Origin: Octopus vulgaris
Lineage: Eukaryota
Reading direction: 5' to 3'
NCBI GenBank assembly: GCA_951406725.2
Contig: OX597814.1
Coordinates: 182,156,001 to 182,220,000, forward strand
DNA length: 64,000 bases
Shown here: in pieces, positions 49,010 through 61,839 of the stretch
How positions within the stretch are numbered: the first letter of the stretch is position 1
How the letters are laid out: every line of letters begins with the position of its first letter
The notes under the pieces: model-generated
Databases searched by the model: none
Seen by the model: the letters and a program-made list of their open reading frames with translations, nothing else
What the model was told of the DNA's origin: nothing
Translations under genes and position numbers: made by a program

Positions 49010-49478
49010 ATGAAATCGAAATCAAATCAAATTCGTGAGTTCGATAACTGGCATCCGTGCCAGTGGAGCGCTAAGAGCACTATCTGACCTGCTGACTGGC
49101 TTCCATGCCGGTGGCACGTAAAAAGCACCATTCAAACGTGATCATTACCAGTGTCGCCTTACTGGCACTTTTGCCAGTGGCATGTGAAAAACATTCAAGC
49201 AAGGTCATTGCCAGTGCTGCTGGACTGGCTCCTGTGCAGGTGGCACGTAAAAAAACAACACTTGAGTGTGGCCGTTGCCAGTACCGCCTGACTGGCCCTC
49301 GTGCCGGTGGCACGTAAAAGCACCCACTACACTCTCAGAGTGGTTGGCATTAGGAAGGGCATCCAGCTGTAGAAACTCTGCCAGATCAGACTGGAGCCTG
49401 GTGCAGCCATCTGGTTCGCCAGTCAAATCATCCAACCCATACTAGCATGGAAAGCGGATGTTAGACGATGATGATGAT
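49010..49478 (+). mobile_element. RTE tail copy with tandem units
   Basis: Same motifs; further copies at about 51075, 56650, 60820(-), 61255(-) and 61840. Confidence 0.88.
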
Positions 49479-49672
49479 AATATATTGTCTTCTTTGAAGT
49501 TCACGTTTTACGCTATTACTATATCATAACTTGTCCCTTTCATCTGTAGAGAAATCAAAACAAAAACAATGGATGAAGTTTCCATTGTACATAAAATTTC
49601 TGATGTACTGCCATAAAATATGACTTTTGAAACCAAAAAGGAATTTACATTTTAGGAAATAAAACAACTCAC

Positions 49673-49807
49673 TTTAAGACCTCAATATTTGGATTATTTT
49701 CTCCCTTGAAATAAGGATGACTACGATCGGTTCGAACAACATCTTTTTCAACGGTACATTGGATATTTCGCCAGAAGTCACGGTATTCCTCTTCACTCAT
49801 TGTTTCT
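49673..49807 (-). CDS. TBC1D16: TBC1D16 coding exon (arginine finger)
   Basis: tttcag|A ETMSEEEYRDFWRNIQCTVEKDVVRTDRSHPYFKGENNPNIEVL AA|gtgagt; 135 nt; DxxR motif. Confidence 0.97.
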
Positions 49808-50519
49808 CTGAAATTTAAAAAAATATATTGGATAAAATATTGATATGTTTTTATCCTTTTGAAAACCAAATGTAACCAAATAAAACACTTTTGAAAAAAA
49901 ACATCTCTCAATAGTAATATTGGTTTCAAATTTTGGCACAAGGCCAGCAATTTCAGGGGGGTGGTAAGTTGATTACATTGACTGCAGTGCTCATCTGGTA
50001 TTTATTTTATTGGCCTTGAATGATTGAAAGCAAAGTCAACCTCAGTGGAATTTGAACTCAGAACTTAATGATAGACAAAATACTGTTAAGAATTCTGCCC
50101 TGCATGCTAATGATTCTGCCAGTTCACCACCTTCTCTCAGTTGTAATATTAATTACTTGTTGAGCCCCAAATCAGTCCTGACCAAGAAGACCACCTAAGA
50201 TTATAAACATTCCAAATGCAATCATCTAATTTGTTTTCTAAGCACCCACTGTGCATCCAAGACTAGATTATTCAATACATGCTTCTTTTCTAATATGTAA
50301 TGAGGTGTGATTTAAAGGAGAATCAGCTCCTATTTCTAATGGTTACTGCAACTGAATAGAATCCATTCAATTTTCGATTGAACAAGGAAGCCCTCATTAA
50401 ATGGAATCTATTCAGTTAGACTAAGTGTGTGAAAAATTTCATTTTTATTATAAAAGCTACATCAAATATACAATCAAACAACATTCCATTACATGGTGAC
50501 TTTATTCCCTTTAGTTACT

Positions 50520-50920
50520 CTTTCACTCTTTTATTTGTTTCAGTCATTTGACTGTGGCCATGCTGGAGCACCACCTCTAGTCGAGCACATCGATCTTAGG
50601 ACTTATTCTTTGTAAGCCTAGTACTTATTCTACCGGTCTCTTTTGCTGAACTGCTAAGTTACGGGGGACATAAACGCACAAGCATCGGTTGTCAAGCAAT
50701 GTTGGGGGGACAAACACAGACACACAAACATACACACCCACACACATATATATATATACATACGACGGGCTTCTTTCAGTTTCTGTCTACCAAATCCACT
50801 CACAAGGCTTTGGTTGACCTGAGTAGAAGACATTTGCCCAAGGTGCCATGCAGTGGGACTGAACCCGGAACCATGTAGTTCGTAAGCAAGCAACTTAGCA
50901 CACAGCCACTCCTATGCCTA
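50520..50920 (-). mobile_element. SINE S1, full length
   Basis: Complete reverse-complement S1 organisation. Confidence 0.88.
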
Positions 50921-51818
50921 TAATCTAGTTAATCTAGAATATATTTTTTTATTTAATTTGAAAGGGAAATCAGTTTGGACATCAATTTGATGCAGCACCA
51001 TATTGCTACCATGCACATTATCAATTCTCTTATTTCTTATCTCTGTGTTAAAATAACCATTTAAATCCCATATTCGTGGCATTAGGAAGGGCATCCAGCT
51101 GTAGAAACCTTGCCAGATTAGATTGGAGCCTGGTGCAGCCTTCTGGTACGCCAGTCCTCAGTCAAACCATCCAACCCATGCCAGCATGGAAAGCAGATAT
51201 TAGATGTTGAGGATGATGATTCAATACACTTCCCCTTCATTCTTCATCAGAACTTTGTCTATTTGGATCTCCTTTCCGACTCATGTTATCCTTTATAATT
51301 ACTAACAAAAACAATTTGAATTGAACTTCATCCTTACCCAGTTGTTCTATCCAAGTCTTAGAGAACTTAAGAAAGAGAACTTAAGGAACCTCTTCTTCTC
51401 CACAGACTAGGTATCACAGTCTTCTACTGAAGACTATATTACTTCAAATTTCATTTATATTTGTAAGATTACACTCAAAATACATTACATTGATTTAAAA
51501 TCCCATTACCAAACAAAAACAACATAAATACTTAATGATTTGTGTATTGTTTTTCTTTTTATTGATGCTATATTGATAAATCTGATTTATTTAAGCTTCT
51601 GCCATGAATCTATGTAATTAACGCCCTTTAAAATATCTTATATACAGGGTGTTGGCAAAATAAATTGCTTACTGACAGATTTAATCAAAAGTTCTGGAAG
51701 AATTTAGTAAAGTAATTTTGTCATGGCTAAGTTGCAGTTTGGAATATAACTTATCAAAAAGAGTTTTACATAGCACAATGAAAGAAGGAGGTTTTAATAG
51801 ACACACATATATATATAC

Positions 51819-51967
51819 CTGAGTTTACGTATATCTTGATACTGAATAAATTTGTCATTTCTTATATGTTCACGATCCAAAAATGAGGAATCAAAAGGAT
51901 AATAATGTAATAAGAAAGGCCATGCTTCATGTCTTAAATTAGCTTCAACACCACCAAAGAATATTGC
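51819..51967 (-). CDS. TBC1D16: TBC1D16 coding exon (start of TBC domain; absent from the ORF track)
   Basis: ttgccag|AIFFGGVEANLRHEAWPFLLHYYPFDSSFLDREHIRNDKFIQYQDIRKL AG|gtatat; 149 nt. Confidence 0.96.
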
Positions 51968-52980
51968 CTGGCAAAAAGAAAGGAAAATAATGTGTGTTAC
52001 AAGTAATTAATATTAACTAAATTGTTACATAAATACACACATATAATTAATAGAATAAGGGGGAAAAATTAATAAAAATAATGAGAATGTAGATTTGAAA
52101 ATTCATGGCAGTAATATAAGTGTTACAAAGGATCTTACATAACATAATGAAAGGAAGTTTTAATTTAATTATGAACAGTTTAAAATAAGGGGTTTTGTCT
52201 CAGGTAAGTTCATATCAAAGTGGTTAGGAGATGCTGTTACACAGTCAATCATACATTTTTTGAAATCATTGACTGTAAGTAGATATTTGTTGCCGAGGTA
52301 CAGCAACAAATAAGTTAAGACAGAACTGTCAGATGTGTAATGTTAACTCATAAGGCATAGTAAAGCAAATTAACTGGAGAAGTGATTTGGTAACAATAGC
52401 ATTAGCTGATGTATGCAAGAAAAATGCATAGGTGTGGATGTTTAACATCATATGCTTATTACAAGGTGTGAATTGACAATGGAAATTAACTGTGGTCAGC
52501 TGTTCCTTTCACAAAACTTTGGATAGGATGCTTTGCCATTGTAATATATGTTGGCTCCTTGTATCCTAAGTAAGCTGAGGTAATTATATATTAAATGTTT
52601 TTCTTAGACTCTATGAAAGCCCTGGAAGGTATAAACTCATCGTTATTCTTATTTACCCAGATATTTTCAAGAGTGGATAAATCAATGTAAAAGTATATTC
52701 AAATATATATATACCACTTATCTAAACTAAGGTAGGAGTGGACTAGGGAAAATTTGAAGTGTTAGGTGAAACCTGAAAATAAAGAAGATGTATGACAGAG
52801 GCTGAATAGAAAAATATGTATTAGAGACCCACATAACTCATGACAGCATGGAAAACTGGACATTAAGATCAAAATCATAATAAAAATGAAGAAGATGATA
52901 ATGATGATGGAGATAAATTAATGACGATGGCAATGAGAATATGGATTTTCTTGCTGTTAGAAAAGAAGGGAGAGAATTAC

Positions 52981-53145
52981 CTTTCTAAGTTGAAAATCAT
53001 CTTCTATTTGACCATCAATATTCATATGTTGCTGCCAAATTTCTTCTGTAACTAAACCATAGACACCTTCTTCTGGATGGCACTGACTGTCCATTAATGT
53101 AGGTTGGACAATCAGAAACTGGCGATAAGGCGATTCATCTTTACG
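52981..53145 (-). CDS. TBC1D16: TBC1D16 coding exon
   Basis: tttgcag|RKDESPYRQFLIVQPTLMDSQCHPEEGVYGLVTEEIWQQHMNIDGQIEDDFQLRK|gtaatt; 165 nt. Confidence 0.94.
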
Positions 53146-53196
53146 CTGCAAACAATTTATAATTCCAAAATATCAATTATAAAGATTAGAAATATC

Positions 53197-54625
53197 AGAT
53201 CTGGTTAGTTTGGCTGCCAGCATCAATTTAGTTGAAATTGATTTCATATTCAGTGTAATGATACTCTTTTATTGGCTAATGGCGTGAAAATCATTTTCGC
53301 GATAAATCAATAAATAAAGAGTTAAAGTTTGAAAATTTTGGTATTTTTAGCCAATTGTAAGTCACAGATGCATTCATGCCTGTTGCCATAGTAACAAGCA
53401 GAACACGAGAACACTTTTGTCTGTGAGAAAGCACGTGTTGATAAATACATTGAAACCACTTGTTTTACCTATCTGATGACAATTGAACATGTGAATTTAT
53501 GTAGCACAGGAAATATGAAAATTGTAATTTATTTGAGAAATTGATTTAATGCATTTTTAACTTTTATTTTTAATGAACTGATCAAGAAAATGTTTTTTAA
53601 AAGTATTTAATTTGTAATGTGCTATTTTGTTTTTAGATAAATCTTTTAAGTTTGCGCTATCGCATTAAATGCATATTGAGTGCTTAAAACTACAAAACAC
53701 ATGTTGTTTACTCTTTCTTTTTTTTTTGTTAACCCGAAAGGTGGTACTCACACTCAACAAGTGGAGATGACGTGGGCCTCTGTGAAGCGAGTAATAAACA
53801 ACACTGTGGCACTCACCGTTCTATGGTAGATTCATATCTCTGTGAATTTATGAGGCACATGAGATACGAAAATTGTGATTTGAGAAATTAAGTGAATGTA
53901 TTTCTAACTTTCATTTTTAATTTTAAAACTATTTTGTAATGTGTTGCTTATTGCATGCTTAAATGTTTGTTTTTTAAGCATATTTTGCTCACTCTTTTAT
54001 TTTCATTTATAACATATAAATATGTACATCTTTTAGAACATTGTCATTGTATAAAATTTTGCTGGCAAATCTTTAAATTAACATAAGCATTTATTTACAT
54101 GAAAGAAAATTACCAGAGAACTTTCATCTCATTCTTCCAAATATTTCTGTTAAAACTGTATTGAAACCATTTGTGGGGAAAAATTGTAATGCGTTTATTG
54201 CATGTAACGTATTGTTCATTGCATTTGCATTAAATGCATATTGAATGCTTAAAACTACTTGTTTACTCATTTCTTTTTGTCATTGAGGTATGCTAAAAAT
54301 AACAGCTAAATAACGTTTTTGGATAAAGCTATCACATTATTGAATGCTTCAAACTACAAAACATGGGTTGTTTACAAATATTGACAACACGTGCTATTTT
54401 CAGGATGTTGATGACAAAACATGCAGTCACATACGAAATGACAGCTTCCAAATCCTGTTTCCTGACTGGGTGAAAATGACCAAACTTTAAACCTCTATAA
54501 CTTTTTTCTGGAAAAAGTGAAATAACTCCAGCAATTCAGCTTGGAAAAGTATATAATTGTGCCAAATTAAAAAATTTTCAATAAATTTAATTTTTGAAAT
54601 GTTGGCAGCCACACCAACTAGATCC
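53197..54625 (+). mobile_element. Merlin (IS1595/ISXO2-like) non-autonomous DNA transposon
   Basis: Imperfect ~25-bp TIRs, 8-bp TSD GAAATATC/GAAAAATC, and transposase remnant FVNPKGGTHTQQVEMTWASVKR / GTHRSMVDSYLCEFM at 53725-53870. Confidence 0.85.
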
Positions 54626-54666
54626 GAAAAATCTATGTAATAAACATCAGGATAAATACTCTAGAG

Positions 54667-55243
54667 CCGTTGTTCTCAACCATTTTTTATCTATGGATCT
54701 CTTTGATTACTATTTAATTCTGGCAGACCCCCATAACCATTCAATGCTTAAGAACTAGTTTTATAGATACTTCTTTCAAAATTCCTATTTTGTCTTCCTC
54801 ACATTTTATAAAACATTAAAAAAAAACCAAGCTGTTTCTTGTGGTATATACCAATACATGTCTAAAGCAAGATATTTTCAGAAGGCCTTAAAATACTATT
54901 GGGATCCCCAATTTGCTATTATTACATGGACCCCTTTAATTACTATTTCACTCTGGTGGACTCCCATAGCCATTCGATGTTTCAAAACTAGTTTATAGAA
55001 ACGTCTTTCAAAATTTCTATTTTGTTTTTCACACATTAACTTGTGTAGGTTGAACTATGTAAAGCATTAAAGAAACCTAGCTGTTTCTTGCAATACATAC
55101 CAATACATACATCTAAATCGAAATTTTTTCAGGGCCCCTTGAAATACTATTGTGGATCCCCAATTTACTATTTTGTTGTGTGGAGCCCCAAAAATCTTAT
55201 ATGGACCCCCAGGGGCCATATGGACCTTGGTTAAGAACCACTG
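54667..55243. mobile_element. hAT (Charlie-type) MITE
   Basis: TIRs CCGTTGTTCTCAACC / GGTTAAGAACCACTG, perfect 8-bp TSD CTCTAGAG, and an internal ~235-bp tandem duplication. Confidence 0.92.
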
Positions 55244-55298
55244 CTCTAGAGAAACCATGATAAATTCAATGCTATGGTTTGATATATATATATATATA

Positions 55299-55562
55299 CC
55301 ACCAAATAAGTTAGGGGTTGTGGATCCAACCCACTAAGGGATAATACTTATCCAATATACTTTGGTATGCTACCCAAATTATTAATACATAAGTGTTTTT
55401 AATTGCAATGCAATGAACTCACTTATTGTATTAAATGGGTGTAGGTAAAGAAATATTTTACCATTAATTTATATTACAAGTAAGAAAATGGAGAAACACA
55501 TTAGTTGGACAACAAAGCTGATAAACCAACTAATGTGTTTCTCCATTTTCTTATTTGTAATA
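55299..55562. mobile_element. Fold-back terminal fragment in (TA)n, same family as 35822-36125
   Basis: Inverted arms at about 55472-55508 and 55526-55562; (TA)n flanks. Confidence 0.55.
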
Positions 55563-57074
55563 TATATATATATATGCTAATATATAGTAAGGCGAAAGGA
55601 AGAAAAGAAATGTGACACAAGGATCAGAGACAGGCAGTGTTTCACATTGCTAGATAGAGTACTAGACAAAATCATGTCGTTGTTGAGGAGAAGTGTATGT
55701 GAATTGATGCTGGTACACTTGCTCTCACTGATGCTAATATGAAAAGAAGCATGGGAGTGTACTGACTAAAATAATTACAATGCAATTGTCTGATTGTGTG
55801 TGTGCATGGATATTGGTACACTGTATCTATACATGTCATAAGAGGCAACTGAAAGAGAAGCATGACATAAACAGTTTTGAAGACTGCAAGGTCCTGCTCT
55901 AACAGGGATTAATCTTGTAGTGTATCTCTTTATAGGAACTGGAGATGACTGAGAAGGGGTATGTCTATAGGTGGTGGATAGTGGAATGGCCTTGAGATTG
56001 AAGGTTAGCAATATATAAGGCCTAGAAAAACAGTCATAAACCAATAGTGGTGGGTTTACTTGTGGGGGAGGTGTCAGCAGGTGACACAACTGATTTGTGA
56101 AAACTCTCAATCTCAAGGCGGCCAGATTTACCTTGTGATAACGTGAGTGTGGCTGTCTTTAAATAAGCACAGATAGAATGGGGCAGTGGTTGTACTAGTA
56201 TATGTAGCTAGTGGAAGAGTTGAAATGTTTGGTCAAGGGTGGTTATAGAACAGCAAGGACAAGTCAGTAATGTTGTGGCCCATGTACTCTGGTACTCAGT
56301 GGGCTGACAGAAGAAGGTATTCACAAATCTGAGTACTTGGCTACTTACTGCAGTTGATACAACCTCTGTTGTCACAGATTCATTTGTGCCAAGGATTTAG
56401 GCTAAGGTCAATTGTGTTATAGGATTTTTGACACTGCAGTCAACTGACATCAATCAAATAAATGGCCACTCCAGCTTTGAGCAAGAATGTTTCAATCAAA
56501 TCTGGGGCTTTACACTTGAGAGCCCATTTTAGAAGATGAAATAAAAACAATTGAAGTGAGACAACCTCTTGGATTGAAAAAAGGCACAACAATGAAAATA
56601 ATGATGTTGAGGGGAAAATGATCTTAAAACATTGTTGTATACCAACGTTACCAACATCGCCTTACTGGCACCTGTGCTGGTGGCATGTGTAAAAGAATTC
56701 GAGCGAGGTCGTTGCCAGTACCGCCTGACTGGCCCCCGTACCGGTAGCATGTAAAAAGCACCCACTTCACTCTCGGAGTGGTTGGCGTTAGGAAGGGCAT
56801 CCAGCTGTAGAAACTCTGCCAAATCAAGATTGGAGCCTGGTGCGGCCATCTGGTTCGCCAGCCCTCATTCAAAATCATCCAACCTATGCTAGCATGGAGA
56901 GTGGACGTTAAACGATGATGATGATGATGATGGACATGGAAATGTTGACGTGTGTGTATGTATGTATGTGTATGCATGGGTGTGCGTGCTGTGTATGAAT
57001 TGTGTTGTGTGTGTGTAAAACCAGCAATTAAAAGAAGAAAGATCAAGAGATAAGAAACTCATCTGGTTCTGTAC

Positions 57075-57247
57075 CCTTTCTCTTGCATTTGCAAACAGGT
57101 TCCACTCTTCAAATATTGAAGCTAACTTGTCAAGTCCACTGTGATGGAAATGTAAAATTTTATACTGGCTTTCTCGGCTTGCGATGACAACTTGACCCCG
57201 CGTACATTCTCGGTCATTATAAAATAGCCGCAGGGAACGCATTTGTG
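57075..57247 (-). CDS. TBC1D16: TBC1D16 coding exon (most 5' exon found in the window)
   Basis: ttttgcag|CA QMRSLRLFYNDRECTRGQVVIASRESQYKILHFHHSGLDKLASIFEEWNLFANARER|gtacag; SRESQYK.HFHH.GLDKL is characteristic of TBC1D16. Confidence 0.94.
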
Positions 57248-57396
57248 CTGCAAAAAAAAGATAAATATATAAGAAAATTTATAACAAAAATGTCAAAAAA
57301 TAAATTCCTGGAAATGTTTTCAGTTTTTAAATTAATTTCCTTATATCTGATATTGTAAGTCTTAATCATGATCCTCACAAAATGATGGGAATGTTT

Positions 57397-57716
57397 CTTT
57401 CTTTCTTTCTTTTCGCCCTTATCAAGCCTAGCCAGGTTCATGGGCCCGGTTTTCCAGTTTCTGTGGCACATGCGTTCCCCCCAGCTGCACAGGACGCTAG
57501 TCCATCGCAGCGTTACTCAAGAAACAGGAAGAGAGAGTGAGAGAAAGTTGTGGCGAAAGAGTACAACAGGAGTCGCCACCACCCCCTGCCGGAGCCTCGT
57601 GGAGCTTTTAGGTGTTTTTGCTCAATAAACACACACAACGCCTGGTCTGGGAATCGAAACCGCGATCCTCCGACCGTGAGTCCGCTGCCGTAACCACTGG
57701 GCCATTGCGCCTCCAC
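57397..57716 (-). mobile_element. tRNA(Arg)-like SINE S2b with 12-bp TSD
   Basis: TSD ATGGGAATGTTT at 57385-57396 and 57717-57728. Confidence 0.92.
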
Positions 57717-58276
57717 ATGGGAATGTTTACAAGTTTAAAGATCATTATTAAAATGAATTACGAATAAAGTTGGCTCATATGAAACAATACTGATTTCTTT
57801 ATTTGTAACAGAAGAAAATTAACCATGATAACAGTACACTTCAACAGAAAGGAATGTATGAAATTTAACTTTCTATATATTATATAATTCTGTTGTTAGT
57901 GACTTTGAAGTTACCCCAATGGTGACTTATTCAAATTACTTCAGTTTGAATAAGCCATCAATGTTAAAACTTGAAAGTCCCCATCAGCAAAATTATACTA
58001 GACTCAACACATGTATTGCACATTTTATTTGGTAAATGTCTCTTATCTTTATGCATTTAAATATTTAGTTTTCAACACTATTTATATACATACGTGTGTG
58101 TTTGTGTGTGTGTGCATGTGTGTTTGTGTGAGTGTAGGCATGGCTGTTTGGTTAAGACCTTTCACTTCTGATTGCATGGCACTTTAGGCAAATGTTTCCT
58201 TCTGTAGGCCCAATTCAACCAAAGCCCTGAGTGGATCTGGTAGTCTGGTAAATGGAAATTGAAAGAAGCCTGTTGC

Positions 58277-58326
<50 letters not shown>

Positions 58327-58431
58327 CATACAATTATGCATACAGTCACACATATTTATACAGACACACATATGCTTAAGCACTCCGAAAATTTTCCCAT
58401 GGTTATATTTATGGCTGCCAAAATACACATA

Positions 58432-58665
58432 CCTATTTCTTTACTACCCACAAGGGGCTAAACACAGAGGGGACAAACAAGGACAGACAAACGGATTAAG
58501 TTGATTACATCGACCCCAGTGCGTAACTGGTACTTAATTTATCGACCCCGAAAGGATGAAAGGCAAAGTCGACCTCGGCGGAATTTGAACTCAGAACATA
58601 ACGGCAGACGAAATACGGCTACACATTTCGCCCGGAGTGCTAATGTTTCTGCCAGCTCGCTGCCA
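58432..58665 (-). mobile_element. SINE S3 (Nin/Deu-like core), young copy
   Basis: Reverse complement of 26232-26465 with CpGs retained. Confidence 0.85.
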
Positions 58666-59509
58666 TATACACACACAAGGAACTTCATTAATACTGTTTT
58701 TGTCCAAATATGCTACACAAACATTCGCTCCTACCCCAAAGAAAAAAAAAATCAACTAACCAAGTTATATATATTCTTCCTAATTAAATTTTTAAGGGTT
58801 ACTAAAGATTCTAAGAAACCCCTAATCATACCACAGATTATAGTTTTCTCAATTTGCTGGATGTTGAAATTTAGTACTGTTTCAAAACAAACAAATTTTT
58901 TTTTATTATATTGGGTTCATCATTCAGTTGTGGCCATGCTGGAGCATTATCTTCTAAGGTAGAGTTAATTATATCAACCTCAGGATATATTTTATTGATC
59001 TGAGGAAGATGAATGTTGACCTGGGTGAGAAATGAATTTACAATGTGGAGTGATGTAAAATGGATACAATATCAGGCCATTATCCCTCAAACCAGGAATA
59101 TGTTGTACAGCTGGCATTTAACTCAACATACCAGAGTACATAATTTAAATAAAAAATAGGTAATATTTATTCCCACTTAAATGTGGATGTTCTGTTAGAA
59201 CAAACTATACTGCGGCAGGCACCATGAAAGAAATTCTCATATTGGCTTTTGGCGCAAAATACACTCTTGTTTATATTGCTAGTGGGGAGATAAATCTCTA
59301 CCACCTTTAGCACTGAGACCACTACATCACAGGATTTTGACTTTCCTTAGTTGTGACGATGATGGATGCTCAACCGCTAGAGATAGCAGTGACTCATCTC
59401 CCCACTAGCAATATATAGAAAACCCGTGCCAGAACAAGGGCTGGATAAATATTACCTCTCAGTACTAATACTGCCTCTGTTGCTAATATATAATTCTCTC
59501 TTTCTCTCT

Positions 59510-59895
59510 CTTTTGTTTCAGTCATTTGACTGCAGCCATGCTGGAGCACCGCCTTTAGTCAAGTAAATCAACCCCAGGACTTATTCTTTGTAAGCCTAGT
59601 ACTTATTCTATCGGTCTCTTTTGCCGAACTGCTAAGTTACAGGGATGTAAACACACCAGCATCGGTTGTCAAGCGATGTTGGGGGGACACACAAACATAT
59701 ATGCACACATACATACATATATATATACATATATGTGACAGGCTTCTTTCAGTTTCCGTCTACCAAATCCACTCACAAGGCTTTGGTTGGCCCGAGGCTA
59801 TAGTAGAAGACACTTGTCCAAGGTACCACACAGTGGGAATGAACCCGGAACCATGTAGTTGGTAAGCAAGCTACTTACCATACAGCCACTCCTGA
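59510..59895 (-). mobile_element. SINE S1, full length
   Basis: Complete reverse-complement S1 organisation. Confidence 0.88.
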
Positions 59896-61050
59896 CAAGA
59901 AATCTTAATATATTGAAATTGTTGTCAAGTTTGTGCTTATTGAAAGTAATGAATACTAAAAGCTATTTAATCATTCTTTATTTAGTCTATTATAATATAT
60001 GCCTTACAAAGACATTATATTGGGGAAATAAATTAGATTTACAATGGCACTCAATTTGAAAATCTTTAGGATATTTTACTTGAAAAGCAAGCAGTTCAGT
60101 AATTAGTTTAAAGCTGTAAACATTTCTTTATTTTATTTTTCATGCTTTTTTTGTTTCATTTAGAGGCTACACAAAGTTACACTATTTAAACTAAAGAATA
60201 GTTATTTAGCTGTGACATTGTTATTTTTATAATAACCTTTAAGTGGGATTTAGACAATATATAATCTATATTTATATAATATCCACAATTATCTAAAGCT
60301 ATATTGAACTGAGGTTAAGCTACTCTTACCGACCGAAATGTAACTGAATAATTTAAGTATTTTGCTTGAAGCCTTACCAATTTGACCAAAAATGTATGAC
60401 ATCATCTAATTCTATCTCTTATTTCATTCTACCAGCTTGCAGCTTTCCTTATTATCAATAGCAATTAATAGGGCAGTGGATGGTAAACTCTGTAGAACAA
60501 CAGGCAAAAATGTTTTTGCATTATATATTTACTCCCTTTATGTTCAGTTTTGTTTTTCATTCTTTTGGCTTTAATAAAATAAGTACCAGCCAATGAATGT
60601 GGTTACTTAAACTGATTATGCATCTTAAAATTTGTGGCCTTAAGCCAATGTTAAAAATTAATATTTAATACATCTGTTCTTTATAAATCTTAATACTAAT
60701 AGCATATTTATTATACAGCATTTTAGGCTCTCATTCTTCAGGGGTGAATAATGCAAGTATCAGACAAGCATTTGGGTTGATTACACTGACTACACTCCTC
60801 CCTTCGAGTTTATGCCCTCCATCATTATCATCCTTTTAATGTCCATGTTCTATGCTAGCATGAGTTGAATACTTTGACAGGATCCAATGGGTCCAAAGAC
60901 TGCATCATGCTCTAATGTCAGCTTTGGCATGGTTTCTATAGCTGGATGCCTTTCCTAATGCCAACCACTTTCCAACATGTACTGGGTGCATTTTTGTGCT
61001 ACCAGCACTAAAGGGTTTGCCATAAAGCTGGCAAAACCACAAACCCTGAG

Positions 61051-61099
<49 letters not shown>

Positions 61100-61839
61100 T
61101 GTATGGGTGTGTGTGCACACGTGCGTGCATGTGTGTGTGTGTATGGTTGTGTGTGCACATGTGCATGTATGTGTGTGTATAGAATTAACAGTGTCAGGAA
61201 AAATACCTTGTGGTATTTAGTTGTAATGTTATAAACCATTATTGATCATTATTATCATAATTGTTTAACATTCTCTTTCCAAGCTGGCATGGGTTAGATG
61301 GTTTGATCGAAAACTGGTAAGCTGGGGGCAGCACCAGGTTCCAATCTAAGTTGGCAAGGTTTCTACGGATAGATGCCCTTCCTAATACCAACCACTCCGT
61401 GAGTGTAGTGGGTGCTTTTTACATGCTACCAGCATGGGTGCCATTGACCTGACACCACCATCGGCCACAATTATGGCCTCCTTTGGCTTGACAGGTCAAC
61501 ATAAGCATGGTATATCGCCAAGGATCTTGGCCACCTGTCACTGCCTCCATGCAGCCCATGCTTTTTACATGCCAACCAGCTCCATGAGACCCAACATTCA
61601 AATGGTGCTTTTTACATGCCAATAACATATTTTATCAAATCCTTATATATTCATATACTTGTATATCTATGATACTATAAGTTATCAAGAGTTATATGTA
61701 AAATCGTAACTATGTGCTTAGTAATTGAGGCTGGTAAGGAGTTCAGAAACCGTCTGTAATAAACTATTCAAAACAGATATCTCTAAAATAAGTAATACCT
61801 GTTATAATTTGATTTGTTATGAATAATTGTAGTTATGAT

